A stretch of 57,863 nucleotides of DNA from an uncultured Candidatus Actinomarina sp. (GTDB taxonomy: Bacteria; Actinomycetota; Acidimicrobiia; Actinomarinales; Actinomarinaceae). Position 1 is the stretch's first letter; the number at the start of each line of letters is the position of its first letter. Shown here in pieces: positions 27,293-38,216 of this stretch. Made by a program: the position numbers and the translations under genes. The notes beneath the pieces are model-generated. The model made no database searches and was not told where the DNA came from. It was given only the letters and a program-made list of their open reading frames with translations. The DNA is taken from contig CABWZY010000005.1 of NCBI GenBank assembly GCA_902510055.1, positions 1 to 57,863 on the forward strand. Reading direction: 5' to 3'.

Positions 27293-29887
27293 ATGCAAGA
27301 CGAAACCTATGAGCCATTAGCTATTGAGAAAAAATGGCAAGAGAACTGGGATTTAGGTAATAAATTTGCACCAATAAGTTCTGATAAAAAATTTTCAATC
27401 GTTATTCCACCACCAAATGTAACCGGATCTTTACATATGGGACATGCATTAGAGCATTCAATTATTGATGTAATTACTCGTATTAAAAGGCTTCAAGGAT
27501 ACGAAACTTTATGGGTTCCAGGAACGGATCATGCAGGAATAATTACTCAGTTATTAGTTGAAAATGAATTATCTGAAAATGGAATAGAGAAAGAAGACAT
27601 TGGAAGAGAAAACTTTATATCAAAAGTTTGGGAATGGAAAGAAAAATCTGGAGAGAACATTGCAAGTCAAATGAGAAAACTTGGGATGAGCTGTGACTGG
27701 TCTCGTGAAAGGTTCACTATGGATGAAGGTCTTTCTACAGCTGTAAGAGAAGTATTTATAAAACTTTATGAAGATGGGTTAATTTATAAAGGTACACGAA
27801 TGGTTAATTGGGACACAGAACTTATGTCTGCAGTCTCTGATCTTGAAGTGACCTTAAATCCAGAAAAAGGAAAATTGTGGAGTATTAAGTATAAAACAGG
27901 AGATTCCTTTTTAACTATTTCCACGACACGACCGGAGACCCTCTTAGGGGATACTGCAGTTGCTGTAAATCCTGATGATGAAAGATATAAAAATCTAATT
28001 GGTAAAACAGCTGTTGTACCCTTAGTGAATCGTGAGGTTCCAATAATTGCAGATGAATATGTTGATCCAGAATTTGGATCAGGATGTGTAAAGATAACAC
28101 CTTCACATGATTTCAATGATTATGAGATTGGAGAAAAACATAACTTAGAATTTATTCAATGTATAAACCTTGATGGGACAATAAGTGATGAAGATTTTAT
28201 TCCTGAAAACTTAAGAGGGAAGGATAGGTTTGAAGCTAGAAAGTTATTAATAAGTGACTTACTGAAAATAGAACAGCTAGAAAAAGAAGAAGATTATGAC
28301 ATTCAATTACCAAAAGGAGATAGGTCAAAAAGTATTTTAGAGCCAATGATTACAGAACAATGGTTTGTAAAAACAGAAACATTAGCAAAGGAAGCAATAA
28401 ATGCTGTAGAAACAGAAGAGATTAAATTTGTACCAAAAAACTGGGAAAAAACTTATTTTGAGTGGATGTACAATATTCAAGATTGGTGTATTTCAAGGCA
28501 AATTTGGTGGGGCCACAGAATACCAGCTTGGTACGACGAAGAGAACAATATTTATGTAGGGAACTCAGAAGAGGAAATAAGGGAGAAGAATAATCTTTCT
28601 AAAGAAACTAAATTAAGACAAGATGAAGATGTATTAGATACATGGTTTTCCTCTGCCTTATGGCCTTTTTCAACTTTAGGATGGCCTGAGGAGTCTCAAG
28701 ATTTAAGTTCTTACTATCCAACATCATTACTAGTAGTAGGTTTTGACATAATTTTCTTTTGGGTAGCAAGAATGATTATGATGGGCATTAATTTCCAAAA
28801 AGCAGTTCCATTTAATGACATACTTGTGCACGGATTAGTAAGGGACTCGAAAGGAAGGAAAATGTCCAAAAGCCTTGGAAACACTGTTGACCCTTTAGAG
28901 TTGTCTGACAAACATGGAGCAGATGCTTTAAGATTCTCTTTAGTTGAAAAAGCTTCTCCCGGTCAGGATGTACCATTTGACGAAGAATGGACTGTAGCAG
29001 CAAAAAAATTTGGTAATAAGATATGGAATGCTTCTAAATTTGTCCACATATATACAGACGGTAAAGAGTCGAATGATTTAAGCACAATAGAATGTGAAGA
29101 AAATAAATGGATAATAACAAAGTTCGATAGTGTTCTTGATGAATTTAATTCTTTGTTTGAGAAATATAAAATTTCAGATGCTTACAAGTTACTTTATAAC
29201 TTTCTTTGGTCTGATTTATTTGATTGGTATTTTGAGTTTTCGAAAAATTTAATTGAAAACGAAAATCATAAATCAGAAACTATGGAGGTTCTTAATTCAG
29301 TATTTCTTAAATCAATAAAGATTCTTAACCCAGCAATGCCTCACATAACTGAAGAAGTATGGGAAACATTTAATGAGGAAGTATTAATTAGTAATAAATG
29401 GCCCGAAAAATATAATGTAACTGAAGAAAATACTGGAAGTGTTGAAGATTTAAAAAATTTGATTTCTAAAATACGAAACTTTAAAGCCACTTATAAAGTA
29501 AAAAATAATACTGTTTTAAAAATATACTCAGACAGAGAGACAGAAGATTGGTTTAAATATCAACTTGAATCTCTAGCAAAAGTCGAAATACAACAAGATA
29601 TCTTTAGCTCGAAGGAAGGTCAGGCTGTTTTACATTTTAATTCAGGAAATTATGATTTTGTTATTTCTGCTGAAGAATATATTGATGTAGAGGTTGAAAT
29701 TACAAAATTAAATAAGAAGATTGAAGATATAGAGAAATCTATAGAGATTTCAAACAAAAGACTTGAAAATGAAAAATTCATGAAAAATGCAAAACCAGAA
29801 CTTATTGATGAAGAAAAATTAAACAAGGAAGCTTTAGAGATTGAGCTTAATGTTATACAAGAAACTCTTAAAGAATTAGGTAATTGA
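27293..29887 (+). CDS. valS: Valyl-tRNA synthetase
   Basis: PPPNVTGSLHMGHA, WCISRQIWWGH, KMSKS. Confidence 0.98.
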   Translation: MQDETYEPLAIEKKWQENWDLGNKFAPISSDKKFSIVIPPPNVTGSLHMGHALEHSIIDVITRIKRLQGYETLWVPGTDHAGIITQLLVENELSENGIEKEDIGRENFISKVWEWKEKSGENIASQMRKLGMSCDWSRERFTMDEGLSTAVREVFIKLYEDGLIYKGTRMVNWDTELMSAVSDLEVTLNPEKGKLWSIKYKTGDSFLTISTTRPETLLGDTAVAVNPDDERYKNLIGKTAVVPLVNREVPIIADEYVDPEFGSGCVKITPSHDFNDYEIGEKHNLEFIQCINLDGTISDEDFIPENLRGKDRFEARKLLISDLLKIEQLEKEEDYDIQLPKGDRSKSILEPMITEQWFVKTETLAKEAINAVETEEIKFVPKNWEKTYFEWMYNIQDWCISRQIWWGHRIPAWYDEENNIYVGNSEEEIREKNNLSKETKLRQDEDVLDTWFSSALWPFSTLGWPEESQDLSSYYPTSLLVVGFDIIFFWVARMIMMGINFQKAVPFNDILVHGLVRDSKGRKMSKSLGNTVDPLELSDKHGADALRFSLVEKASPGQDVPFDEEWTVAAKKFGNKIWNASKFVHIYTDGKESNDLSTIECEENKWIITKFDSVLDEFNSLFEKYKISDAYKLLYNFLWSDLFDWYFEFSKNLIENENHKSETMEVLNSVFLKSIKILNPAMPHITEEVWETFNEEVLISNKWPEKYNVTEENTGSVEDLKNLISKIRNFKATYKVKNNTVLKIYSDRETEDWFKYQLESLAKVEIQQDIFSSKEGQAVLHFNSGNYDFVISAEEYIDVEVEITKLNKKIEDIEKSIEISNKRLENEKFMKNAKPELIDEEKLNKEALEIELNVIQETLKELGN

Positions 29888-31029
29888 TAGATTTCGAAAA
29901 ATTCTTAAATGATCGAATCAACAATAATAAAAATTTAGAAAACCTTGCTTCGTTCTTTACTGAAGACGAACTCTCATACCTTTCAGGTAAGTCTATATCA
30001 ATAGTTGGTACAAATGCTAAAACATCAACAGCTAATTACATTTATCAGGTATTGTCAGAATTAGGCGTAAAAACACTTTTATTTACTTCTCCACATTTGA
30101 TTTCTTATGATGAGAGGATTCAGTCAAACCAAGATGAAATTAACCATTCTCATTATGTTAAAAAGATAAAAGAATTTGAAGAGAAAAAAAGTATAAATTT
30201 AGGATATTTTGAAACTTTATTTTTAATTGCTTGTAAAACTTTTATTGATGAAAAATTAGATATTTTTATAGTAGAGGCGGGGATAGGGGGACGTTTAGAT
30301 ACGACTTCTATGATAGATTATAAAAATGTAATCTTAACGAATGTTGGTTATGATCATCAAGATATATTGGGTGAAACACTTGAAGATATTCTCTATGAAA
30401 AAATAAAAATTTCAAACAAAATAGATAATTTAGTTTGTGGGGATATTTCAAGCAAACATAAAGAACTTATTTCTAAAGAATTAAAAGATACTTCGATTTC
30501 GTATTTAGATCAAAATAATAATTTTAAATCAAATGAAGAAGACTTTAGATTAAAGAATATTGATTTAGCTCTATTTTCAATAGATAAAATTTTAGGAAAA
30601 GAGATTAAGTCAGAAACTATTTCAAAGATTAAAGAATATAAAGTACAAGGAAGGTTTGAAATAATTAATAATAATCCAGTGAAAATTTTGGATGGAGCTC
30701 ATAATATTTCAGGATTTGAGACTTTTTTTCAAAATCTTGATCACTTATATAAAGACATTCATTTTCAGTGTTATCTAGGCTTAAAAGAAGGTAAAGAATT
30801 TCAAATAATACTAGATTTTTTATCAAAAAAAGAAAATATCTCTATAAACATAATTGAAGATAATAGTTTCTACAATCAAATGAGCTGTAAGAATTTAATT
30901 AGTTACTTAGAAGAAAGAAAAATTAATTTTGAATTATCAACGATAGAGAAATTTCATTTGTCTAAACAGCATTGTATTTTGATAGGGAGTTTATATTTAA
31001 TTGGAGAGTACAAAAAGGAATTTAAATGA
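29884..31029 (+). CDS. folC: Folylpolyglutamate/dihydrofolate synthase (divergent)
   Basis: [14 protein letters not shown]...[27 protein letters not shown]; between valS and ndk. Confidence 0.88.
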   Translation: MIDFEKFLNDRINNNKNLENLASFFTEDELSYLSGKSISIVGTNAKTSTANYIYQVLSELGVKTLLFTSPHLISYDERIQSNQDEINHSHYVKKIKEFEEKKSINLGYFETLFLIACKTFIDEKLDIFIVEAGIGGRLDTTSMIDYKNVILTNVGYDHQDILGETLEDILYEKIKISNKIDNLVCGDISSKHKELISKELKDTSISYLDQNNNFKSNEEDFRLKNIDLALFSIDKILGKEIKSETISKIKEYKVQGRFEIINNNPVKILDGAHNISGFETFFQNLDHLYKDIHFQCYLGLKEGKEFQIILDFLSKKENISINIIEDNSFYNQMSCKNLISYLEERKINFELSTIEKFHLSKQHCILIGSLYLIGEYKKEFK

Positions 31030-31424
31030 AAACATTTTTTATGGTTAAACCAGACGGCGTAAAAAGAAATCTTATTGGAGAAGTTATCTCTAGAGTTGAA
31101 AAAGAAGGATTTCAGATTACAAAAGTTAAGATGATGGATATTTCAGAAGAATTAGCTAAAGAACACTATGGAGAACATGCTGATAAGCCTTTTTTCAATG
31201 ATCTTGTAAGTTTTATAACTAGTGGTCCCGTTGTAGCAATGGAAGTTCAAGGTGATGATGTTGTTTCAGAGATAAGAAGAATAATGGGGGCTACAAACCC
31301 TTCAGATGCAGACCCAGGGACAATAAGAGCTGATTTAGCTACAAAACTTGAAGAAAATGTTGTGCATGGATCAGATTCACCAGAGAGTGCTGAAAGAGAA
31401 TTATCACTTTTTTTTAAGAATTAA
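31026..31424 (+). CDS. ndk: Nucleoside diphosphate kinase
   Basis: [20 protein letters not shown]. Confidence 0.97.
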   Translation: MKTFFMVKPDGVKRNLIGEVISRVEKEGFQITKVKMMDISEELAKEHYGEHADKPFFNDLVSFITSGPVVAMEVQGDDVVSEIRRIMGATNPSDADPGTIRADLATKLEENVVHGSDSPESAERELSLFFKN

Positions 31425-31468
31425 ATTTTTATTTTCTTTGGCCCTGCAGTCTATTAATCTGAATATAC

Positions 31469-32512
31469 ATGGCAGGAATTAATCTAAGAAGAACTTTATT
31501 TGGCGGCAATGATATTGCAATTGATTTAGGTACAGCAAATACTTTAATTTACGTAAAAGGTGTAGGAGTCGTTGTTGATGAACCAACTCTTCTTGCAATT
31601 CAAAAGAGTGATAGGACTATTTTTACCTATGGTGAAGAGGCAAAAAAATTAGTTGGAAGGGTTCCTGATTCTATTGAGTTAGTAAAACCATTAAGAGATG
31701 GTGTTATTTCAGAAATTGAATATGCAGAGGAGTTAGTAAAAACGTTATTGTCAAAAGCCATTGGAAGATCTTACTCTAGACCAAGAATAATTATTTGTGT
31801 ACCCAATGGTGTAACTAGCGTCGAGCAGAGATCTATTGAGACCGCGGCACACGCAACAGGAGCTTCAGAAGTCTTTACTATTGAAGAACCAATGGCTGCT
31901 GCGATTGGTGCTAACTTACAAATTTTTGAACCATTTGGAAATATGGTAATTGACATTGGTGGTGGTACTACTGAAATTGCAGTTATATCTATGGGTGATG
32001 TTGTAAATGCTAACTCAGTAAGAGTTGGAGGCGAAGACATGACAGATAAATTGATTGAGTGGCTTAGAAGTGAACATGCTATGTTAGTTGATGAAGGAAT
32101 AGCAGAATCATTAAAACATGCTGTAGGATCTGCTTATCAATACGATAAAGAACCTCAAGTAACTGTTACAGGAAGAGATATTGTAAAGGGTGTACCAAAG
32201 CAGGTGTTATTAGAAGCATCAGATGTTAGAAATGCTCTCGCACCAGTAGTTAATGAAATTATTGAAGCCGTTAGAATTTCCTTATCACAGACACCCCCGG
32301 CTTTAGTGTCTGATATTGATAAATATGGAGCATGGCTAACAGGGGGAGGTTCGATGCTGAAGCAGCTTGATAGAAAAATTGCAGAAGAATTGGGTATACC
32401 CATTAACATGACTGAAGATCCATTAAGTACAGTAGTTGTAGGCTCAGGGATCTGTTTAGAGAGATTTGAAGATTATAAGTCTGTGTTAAAATCTTCTGAT
32501 AAACCAAATTAG
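31469..32512 (+). CDS. mreB: Rod shape-determining protein MreB
   Basis: IAIDLGTANT, EEPMAAAIGA, DIGGGTTE, LTGGGS. Confidence 0.96.
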   Translation: MAGINLRRTLFGGNDIAIDLGTANTLIYVKGVGVVVDEPTLLAIQKSDRTIFTYGEEAKKLVGRVPDSIELVKPLRDGVISEIEYAEELVKTLLSKAIGRSYSRPRIIICVPNGVTSVEQRSIETAAHATGASEVFTIEEPMAAAIGANLQIFEPFGNMVIDIGGGTTEIAVISMGDVVNANSVRVGGEDMTDKLIEWLRSEHAMLVDEGIAESLKHAVGSAYQYDKEPQVTVTGRDIVKGVPKQVLLEASDVRNALAPVVNEIIEAVRISLSQTPPALVSDIDKYGAWLTGGGSMLKQLDRKIAEELGIPINMTEDPLSTVVVGSGICLERFEDYKSVLKSSDKPN

Positions 32513-32515
32513 TAA

Positions 32516-33310
32516 ATGTTTCAAGAACCTCAAAAAAGAAGAAATTATATAATTTATATATTATTTATTTTCCTTTCGGGGTCTATTTTTTTAGTAGATA
32601 TATTCTCAAATAAAAAATTTTCCAATCTTATTTCTGATAATACAGATTTTTTATTCCCTGTTAGTCAAGAAGCCATTGGTTTGTTTGATTCATTAGAGCT
32701 AAATTTTATTAAAAATAAAAATACTCTGATTAATGAAAATATAAGATTAAAAAATGAGGTCATAGAACTCAGAAAACTTAAGTTAATTAATGAGAGATTA
32801 GTTGAAGAAATAAGGTCAAATAATGAATTAATCAAGAATGTCAATATTGAAAATGTTGTTTATTATAAATCTACTATTTTAATTAAAAACACTGAAGATG
32901 AGTACCTTATTTCTGGTGGTAGAAATATTAACTTAAACAAAAATGATCTTATCTTAAACGAGGAAGGTTTTGTTATTGGCTATATAGTTAAGGTATTTGA
33001 TGACCATTCTCTTATAAGTGCAATCATAAATAGTGAATTTTCTATCCCAGGAATTGACAAATATGGTAATCAATATTTAATAACTTCAAACAGAGAAGAG
33101 CTGTTAATCAATTCAATCAATATTGAAGAAGTGAACTTAAATATTGATTATATTTCTACAGATGTAATTTTTGATCATATAGGACAATTCCCGATTGTTA
33201 GATTATCCAATGAAGAAGTGTCTAGTGCTAATAATAAAATTTCAGCTGTCGTGGGTATAGATTATAAATTTAATTTTGATTCAAATATCTATATCGTAAA
33301 AGAAAAATGA
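32516..33310 (+). CDS. mreC: MreC (highly divergent)
   Basis: N-terminal TM, coiled coil (ENIRLKNE), G.N.....ND.IL..EG.VIG.I; follows mreB. Confidence 0.75.
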   Translation: MFQEPQKRRNYIIYILFIFLSGSIFLVDIFSNKKFSNLISDNTDFLFPVSQEAIGLFDSLELNFIKNKNTLINENIRLKNEVIELRKLKLINERLVEEIRSNNELIKNVNIENVVYYKSTILIKNTEDEYLISGGRNINLNKNDLILNEEGFVIGYIVKVFDDHSLISAIINSEFSIPGIDKYGNQYLITSNREELLINSINIEEVNLNIDYISTDVIFDHIGQFPIVRLSNEEVSSANNKISAVVGIDYKFNFDSNIYIVKEK

Positions 33311-33771
33311 AAACCTTAAGGAACTCAAGTTATATAGTTTTATTTATAGCTGTACTTGTTATCGAACTATTGATCGGGGTTTTTTCTGAGTTTTCAGATA
33401 TAGAAATATTACCTTTTCTAATACTTTTATTTTATATTTCAATAAATAAATTTTCTAATGCTTATATTTTTGCTTTTTTCTTTTCTGGTATTTACTACGA
33501 TCTTTTTTACACTTCTAATTATTTCGGATCTACAAGTGCTAAATTTCTTTCAATAGCAATTGTTGTTAATTTTATTAATAACAAATTAAATGATAATTTG
33601 TTTAGTGAGTTTCTAGTATTTTTTCTTGCAGTAGCAATATATAAATTTGAGTTTATTATTTATGCATTTAATTTTATTCAGTTAACAATTATTATTTTAA
33701 TAAGTGTTATCAATTACTTTTTATTTAAGTTAATCAACATTACTCTTAAAGGGGATGTTTTTAAGAAATAG
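33307..33771 (+). CDS. mreD: MreD (divergent)
   Basis: Multi-TM protein with FFSGIYYDL....FG; position between mreC and pbp2. Confidence 0.7.
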   Translation: MKTLRNSSYIVLFIAVLVIELLIGVFSEFSDIEILPFLILLFYISINKFSNAYIFAFFFSGIYYDLFYTSNYFGSTSAKFLSIAIVVNFINNKLNDNLFSEFLVFFLAVAIYKFEFIIYAFNFIQLTIIILISVINYFLFKLINITLKGDVFKK

Positions 33772-35593
33772 ATTTAATTATTTAGCTTTATTATTTATTT
33801 CATATTTTATATTTATTATTATTAATTTTTTTTCATTACAGATATTAAATATAAACGACTCTATTGAAAAAATAGATCAACAGACGTATGATGTATTTTA
33901 TCTTTCAGCTCCTAGAGGCGAAATATACGATGCGAACAAAGAAAAACTAGTTACATCTTCACTTGAACCACATTTGTTTATAAATTTAAGAAAAATTAAT
34001 GATGACAATATTGTTCAATATAAACAATATTTAAAATATAATTTTAAAGATTTAAAAAATAGCGATTTTGAAGATATTTTCAACAGTAAAGAGTTGTTAT
34101 ATCTTATAAGAAATATTAATGATTTAGATTATTTAGAGAGGCAGTCTTTACTAGAGTTGGATGCTTTTGAAATATTTGATTATCCAATAAGACAATATAA
34201 TTTTGGGAATATTGCATCTCATATAATTGGATATATCGGTAGGCCCACGTTAGAAGATTTTGAAGCATACCCTGAGAGCATTAGAAATGGGATAGTTGGC
34301 AAGAGTGGTGTTGAGAAATATTATGAGGAGAAATTATCTGGAATAGCTGGCCAAATAGTTTTTAAAGGTACAGAAATTATAGATTTTACTTCACCACAAC
34401 CAGGGGAAGACCTCTATTTGACAATAGACATTAAAACACAGAGAATAGCAACTGAGTCATTATTAGAAGGCATAAAACTAGCAAATGAAAATTTTGATTC
34501 TGAAAATATTATTCAAAAAGGTTCAATTGTTGTTATGGATATAGATTCTGGAGCAGTGGTGTCTATGGTCTCCCTACCAGATTTTGATCCGAATAAGTTC
34601 GTTAAGGGTATTTCTTCATTTGATTTTGATCAGTTAAATAGAATTGATGCTTTTAATAATTTCGCAATACAGGGTTTATACCCACCAGGTTCTGTATTTA
34701 AATTAGTAGCTTACTGGTTAGCTGAAAATGAAGGATTATTTCCTGAAGGTATTAGCTCGAGAAACAACACATTGAAATGTGAAGGAAAACTATCGTTTAG
34801 TTTTAATGATGGATCGCAACAAGTTTATAATGACTGGAAAGAAAATGGTCATGGAAATGTTGACTTAAGTTCTGCCATACAACAGTCTTGCAATGTATAT
34901 TTTTGGGATATAGCATTAAAAATCTGGAGAACCTATGAAGGAAGCTCAAATGAATCAATATTGCAAGAATATGCAAGAAATTTAGGTTTTGGAAAAATAA
35001 CTGAAATTGATCTTCCTTATGAAAAAGCGGGTGTAGTCCCGGATAGAAAACTTTTTGAAGATTGGACAATAACTAAACCTGAATTAGTTAGACCAGAAGG
35101 CTGGCTTGGTGGAGACCTAATGAATTTAATTGTAGGTCAAGGGGCTATTACTACTACACCTATACAAATAGCAAATGCATATAAAACCTTATTAACAGGA
35201 TATTCTTCTGCGCCTTATTTTGATAAGAATAAAGATAATATTCAAAAAATGAAAAATAATAATATTAATGATGAGTTTATAGAGTTCTTACTTGACGATT
35301 TAAATTTGGTTACAAATAAGAACGGTACTGCATATTATGCATTTGAAGTTTTAGGTAGCAAGGCGAGTGATATAGGTGGAAAAACTGGAACAGCACAAAA
35401 CCCAGGTGATAAGAATAGTACTTCATGGTTTGCAGGTGTTGATTCAGTCTCTAATCCAAGGTATGTTATCGTTACAGTTGTTGATGAAGGTGGTTCAGGA
35501 AGTGCAGTAGCTGCCCCCATATCAAGAAGGGTAATACAGCATCTAATTGGGGTAGATTTAACTCCTGTAAAGTTTGGAGAAATAACAGAATGA
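33755..35593 (+). CDS. mrdA: Penicillin-binding protein 2 (class B)
   Basis: APRGEIYD; SxxK (PPGSVFK), SCN, GKTGTAQ. Confidence 0.9.
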   Translation: MFLRNRFNYLALLFISYFIFIIINFFSLQILNINDSIEKIDQQTYDVFYLSAPRGEIYDANKEKLVTSSLEPHLFINLRKINDDNIVQYKQYLKYNFKDLKNSDFEDIFNSKELLYLIRNINDLDYLERQSLLELDAFEIFDYPIRQYNFGNIASHIIGYIGRPTLEDFEAYPESIRNGIVGKSGVEKYYEEKLSGIAGQIVFKGTEIIDFTSPQPGEDLYLTIDIKTQRIATESLLEGIKLANENFDSENIIQKGSIVVMDIDSGAVVSMVSLPDFDPNKFVKGISSFDFDQLNRIDAFNNFAIQGLYPPGSVFKLVAYWLAENEGLFPEGISSRNNTLKCEGKLSFSFNDGSQQVYNDWKENGHGNVDLSSAIQQSCNVYFWDIALKIWRTYEGSSNESILQEYARNLGFGKITEIDLPYEKAGVVPDRKLFEDWTITKPELVRPEGWLGGDLMNLIVGQGAITTTPIQIANAYKTLLTGYSSAPYFDKNKDNIQKMKNNNINDEFIEFLLDDLNLVTNKNGTAYYAFEVLGSKASDIGGKTGTAQNPGDKNSTSWFAGVDSVSNPRYVIVTVVDEGGSGSAVAAPISRRVIQHLIGVDLTPVKFGEITE

Positions 35594-36663
35594 GAGAAAG
35601 AAAAATTACACTACTTGGCCCTGAAGGAACAAATCTTTCGATATTTTTCTTATTTCTAGTTTTTAATTTTATTTCGTGGTTTACTCTTTTTGTCCTTTCT
35701 GAAGGTATTGAACTTAATTTCAATAATATATTGATCCGGCAAATAATATTTTCATTGATATCATTTTTGGTATTTTTTTCAATAACTTATATTTCAATTG
35801 AAAATATACGCCAATTTATAGATTCTTTGTTTGTTATTATTACAATTTTATTAGCTATTTTACTTAGAACTACTCCAAAAGCAGGTGTTAGACGTTGGTT
35901 TGATTTGGGCCCTATAGATTTCCAGCCTTCAGAATTCGCAAAAGTAATAACAGTTTTATTTATTGCAAACTATCTGACTAAAAGAAAATCGAGATACCCA
36001 TTATTTTTATTTTTAGGGTTTATTTTAATGCTGATATTGATGCAACCTGATTTGGGAACTTCAATAATTATTGGTTTTGTTATTCTTACAATGATTTTTG
36101 TTAGTGAAGTAAAAATAAGATATCTAGTACTTATAGCTCTATTAGTCGTTACTTTCTTTTTTGTTTTCTTAGAATCTGGTCTTATTAATGAAAACCAACT
36201 CAATAGAATTAATGATTTTTTTAGTGCAAATGATGACTTTCAACAATCTCAAAGTAAATTATTAATATCTAGTGGAAGCTTGTTTGGTCAATATTTTGAA
36301 TTAAATAAATTAGAAAAAGTATTTGTACCTGTAGAAACAACAGATTTTATTTTTGCTGCCTACTCCTATAATTTTGGTTTCATAGGTGTTGTATTTATTT
36401 TAACTATGTGGTTATTGTTCTTTTTTAGATTAGGCCAAATTATAAACATTTCTAATTCAGACTTTGAGAAGTTTGTTATTACTGGTTTTGTAACACTATT
36501 AGCTTTTCAAATTATTGTAAATATTTCAACGATATCTGGATTACTTCCATTAACTGGATTACCTTTTCCTTTACTTAGTTTAGGTGGGTCTTCAATGGTT
36601 TCTACAGCTATTATTTTTGGAATTACTAATAGGATTTTTATTGAAAATAACTTAGTTATTTAA
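35590..36663 (+). CDS. rodA: SEDS glycosyltransferase RodA
   Basis: RRWFDLG..DFQPSEFAK, QPDLGT, TDFIF, TGLPFP.LS.GGSS. Confidence 0.9.
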   Translation: MRERKITLLGPEGTNLSIFFLFLVFNFISWFTLFVLSEGIELNFNNILIRQIIFSLISFLVFFSITYISIENIRQFIDSLFVIITILLAILLRTTPKAGVRRWFDLGPIDFQPSEFAKVITVLFIANYLTKRKSRYPLFLFLGFILMLILMQPDLGTSIIIGFVILTMIFVSEVKIRYLVLIALLVVTFFFVFLESGLINENQLNRINDFFSANDDFQQSQSKLLISSGSLFGQYFELNKLEKVFVPVETTDFIFAAYSYNFGFIGVVFILTMWLLFFFRLGQIINISNSDFEKFVITGFVTLLAFQIIVNISTISGLLPLTGLPFPLLSLGGSSMVSTAIIFGITNRIFIENNLVI

Positions 36664-36736
36664 TATTTAAATCGTATTAACCTAAAAGATATGAGTTTTT
36701 TAATATATTTTTCACATCAGTTATTTGGAGGTTTAA

Positions 36737-38209
36737 ATGTTTGGTATATTCAAGAGATCAACTGTAGTACGTAAAAGTGAAGACAGATTTGATAAATCAG
36801 AGACAAAATGGTTTAAAGGGCAAAAAGTAAAAATAAAATCTGGAACAACTAGTTCCAGTTCATTTAACAGAAATCAGAACAGGAAAGCTTCAAGGCAAAC
36901 TTGGTTTAGAGAAAAACCTTTGCCAGTCCCTGTTGTTGATAAAAAGCAAATGCTTATTAGTTTTAAAGGTGGTTCTTCAAAAATTGCTATTCTAGAAGGT
37001 GCAACTCTGGTTGAGTATTACACAGCTGAGTCTAAGTCAAAGTCATTAGTTGGAAATATTTATTTAGGAAAAGTTAAAAACATTTTACCTGGAATGGAAG
37101 CAGCATTTGTTTCATTTGGTGAAGAAAAAAATGGTGTTTTATATGTAGCTGATGTTGCAAATTCGAGAAGGGGATCAAAGATAGAAAATATTTTAAAACA
37201 GGAACAGGAAATACTTGTACAGGTTGTAAAAGATGCAATGGGTGAAAAAGGAGCAAGACTTACTGGCCAAATTTCATTTCCAGGAAGATATTTAGTTTTA
37301 ATTCCAAACTCAAACTCAAAAGGAATTTCGAGGAGACTTCCAGACAATGAAAGAAATAGGTTAGATAGGATTATTAAAAAAATTAAACCCCAAGGCTTTG
37401 GAGTAATAGTAAGAACTGCAGCTGAAGGCGTTAATGAGGCATCTCTAAAAAGTGATATTGAAAAATTAATTAATGAATGGGATAAAGTTTCTGGAAACGA
37501 CTCAGGTTCAGCACCAGTTCTTATTCATGAAGAGCCGGACTTATCAGTTAAGGTTATAAGAGAACACTTAGGAACAAATTTTAAAAAGTTATTAATTCAA
37601 GGTGGAAAGCATTTTGAGGAGATTAAAGACTATATCAATGAAACCTCCCCTGAATTAAATGATATTGTTGAGTCATATAATGACGAGCTTGAATTATTTG
37701 AAAGATACCATATTGAAGATCAAATAAAAAAAGCACTGGATAGAAAGGTTTGGTTGCCTTCAGGGGGACATTTAATTATTGATAGAACAGAGGCCTTGAC
37801 TGTTATTGATGTAAATACAGGAAAATTTGTCGGTAAAGATAGCTTAGAACAAACTGTTTATGAGAATAATCTAGAAGCTTCAGAAGAGATAGCTAGACAG
37901 TTAAGATTACGTGATATTGGTGGAATAATTGTTATTGATTTTATTGATATGGAATCAATAAAAAAGCAAGAATCATTGTTACAAAAATTTAAGCAAGAGT
38001 TAGCTAAAGATAAAACTAGGACTCAAGTATTTAATGTATCAAGACTAGGCTTGGTTGAGATGACAAGAAAGAATGTTTCAGCGGGCCTTATAGAAAGTTT
38101 TTCAGAAGAATGTGAAGAATGTAATGGTAGGGGTCTTATAATAAATGATATTTTTTCAAATAATTCCGTAGAAGATAATTTACTTGAATCAGATGCCGTA
38201 GTAGAGTAG
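36737..38209 (+). CDS. rne: Ribonuclease E/G family
   Basis: VGNIYLGKV.NILPGMEAAFV, TEALTVIDVNTG, RLRDIGGIIVIDFIDM, CEECNGRG. Confidence 0.93.
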   Translation: MFGIFKRSTVVRKSEDRFDKSETKWFKGQKVKIKSGTTSSSSFNRNQNRKASRQTWFREKPLPVPVVDKKQMLISFKGGSSKIAILEGATLVEYYTAESKSKSLVGNIYLGKVKNILPGMEAAFVSFGEEKNGVLYVADVANSRRGSKIENILKQEQEILVQVVKDAMGEKGARLTGQISFPGRYLVLIPNSNSKGISRRLPDNERNRLDRIIKKIKPQGFGVIVRTAAEGVNEASLKSDIEKLINEWDKVSGNDSGSAPVLIHEEPDLSVKVIREHLGTNFKKLLIQGGKHFEEIKDYINETSPELNDIVESYNDELELFERYHIEDQIKKALDRKVWLPSGGHLIIDRTEALTVIDVNTGKFVGKDSLEQTVYENNLEASEEIARQLRLRDIGGIIVIDFIDMESIKKQESLLQKFKQELAKDKTRTQVFNVSRLGLVEMTRKNVSAGLIESFSEECEECNGRGLIINDIFSNNSVEDNLLESDAVVE

Positions 38210-38216
38210 TTGAGTT

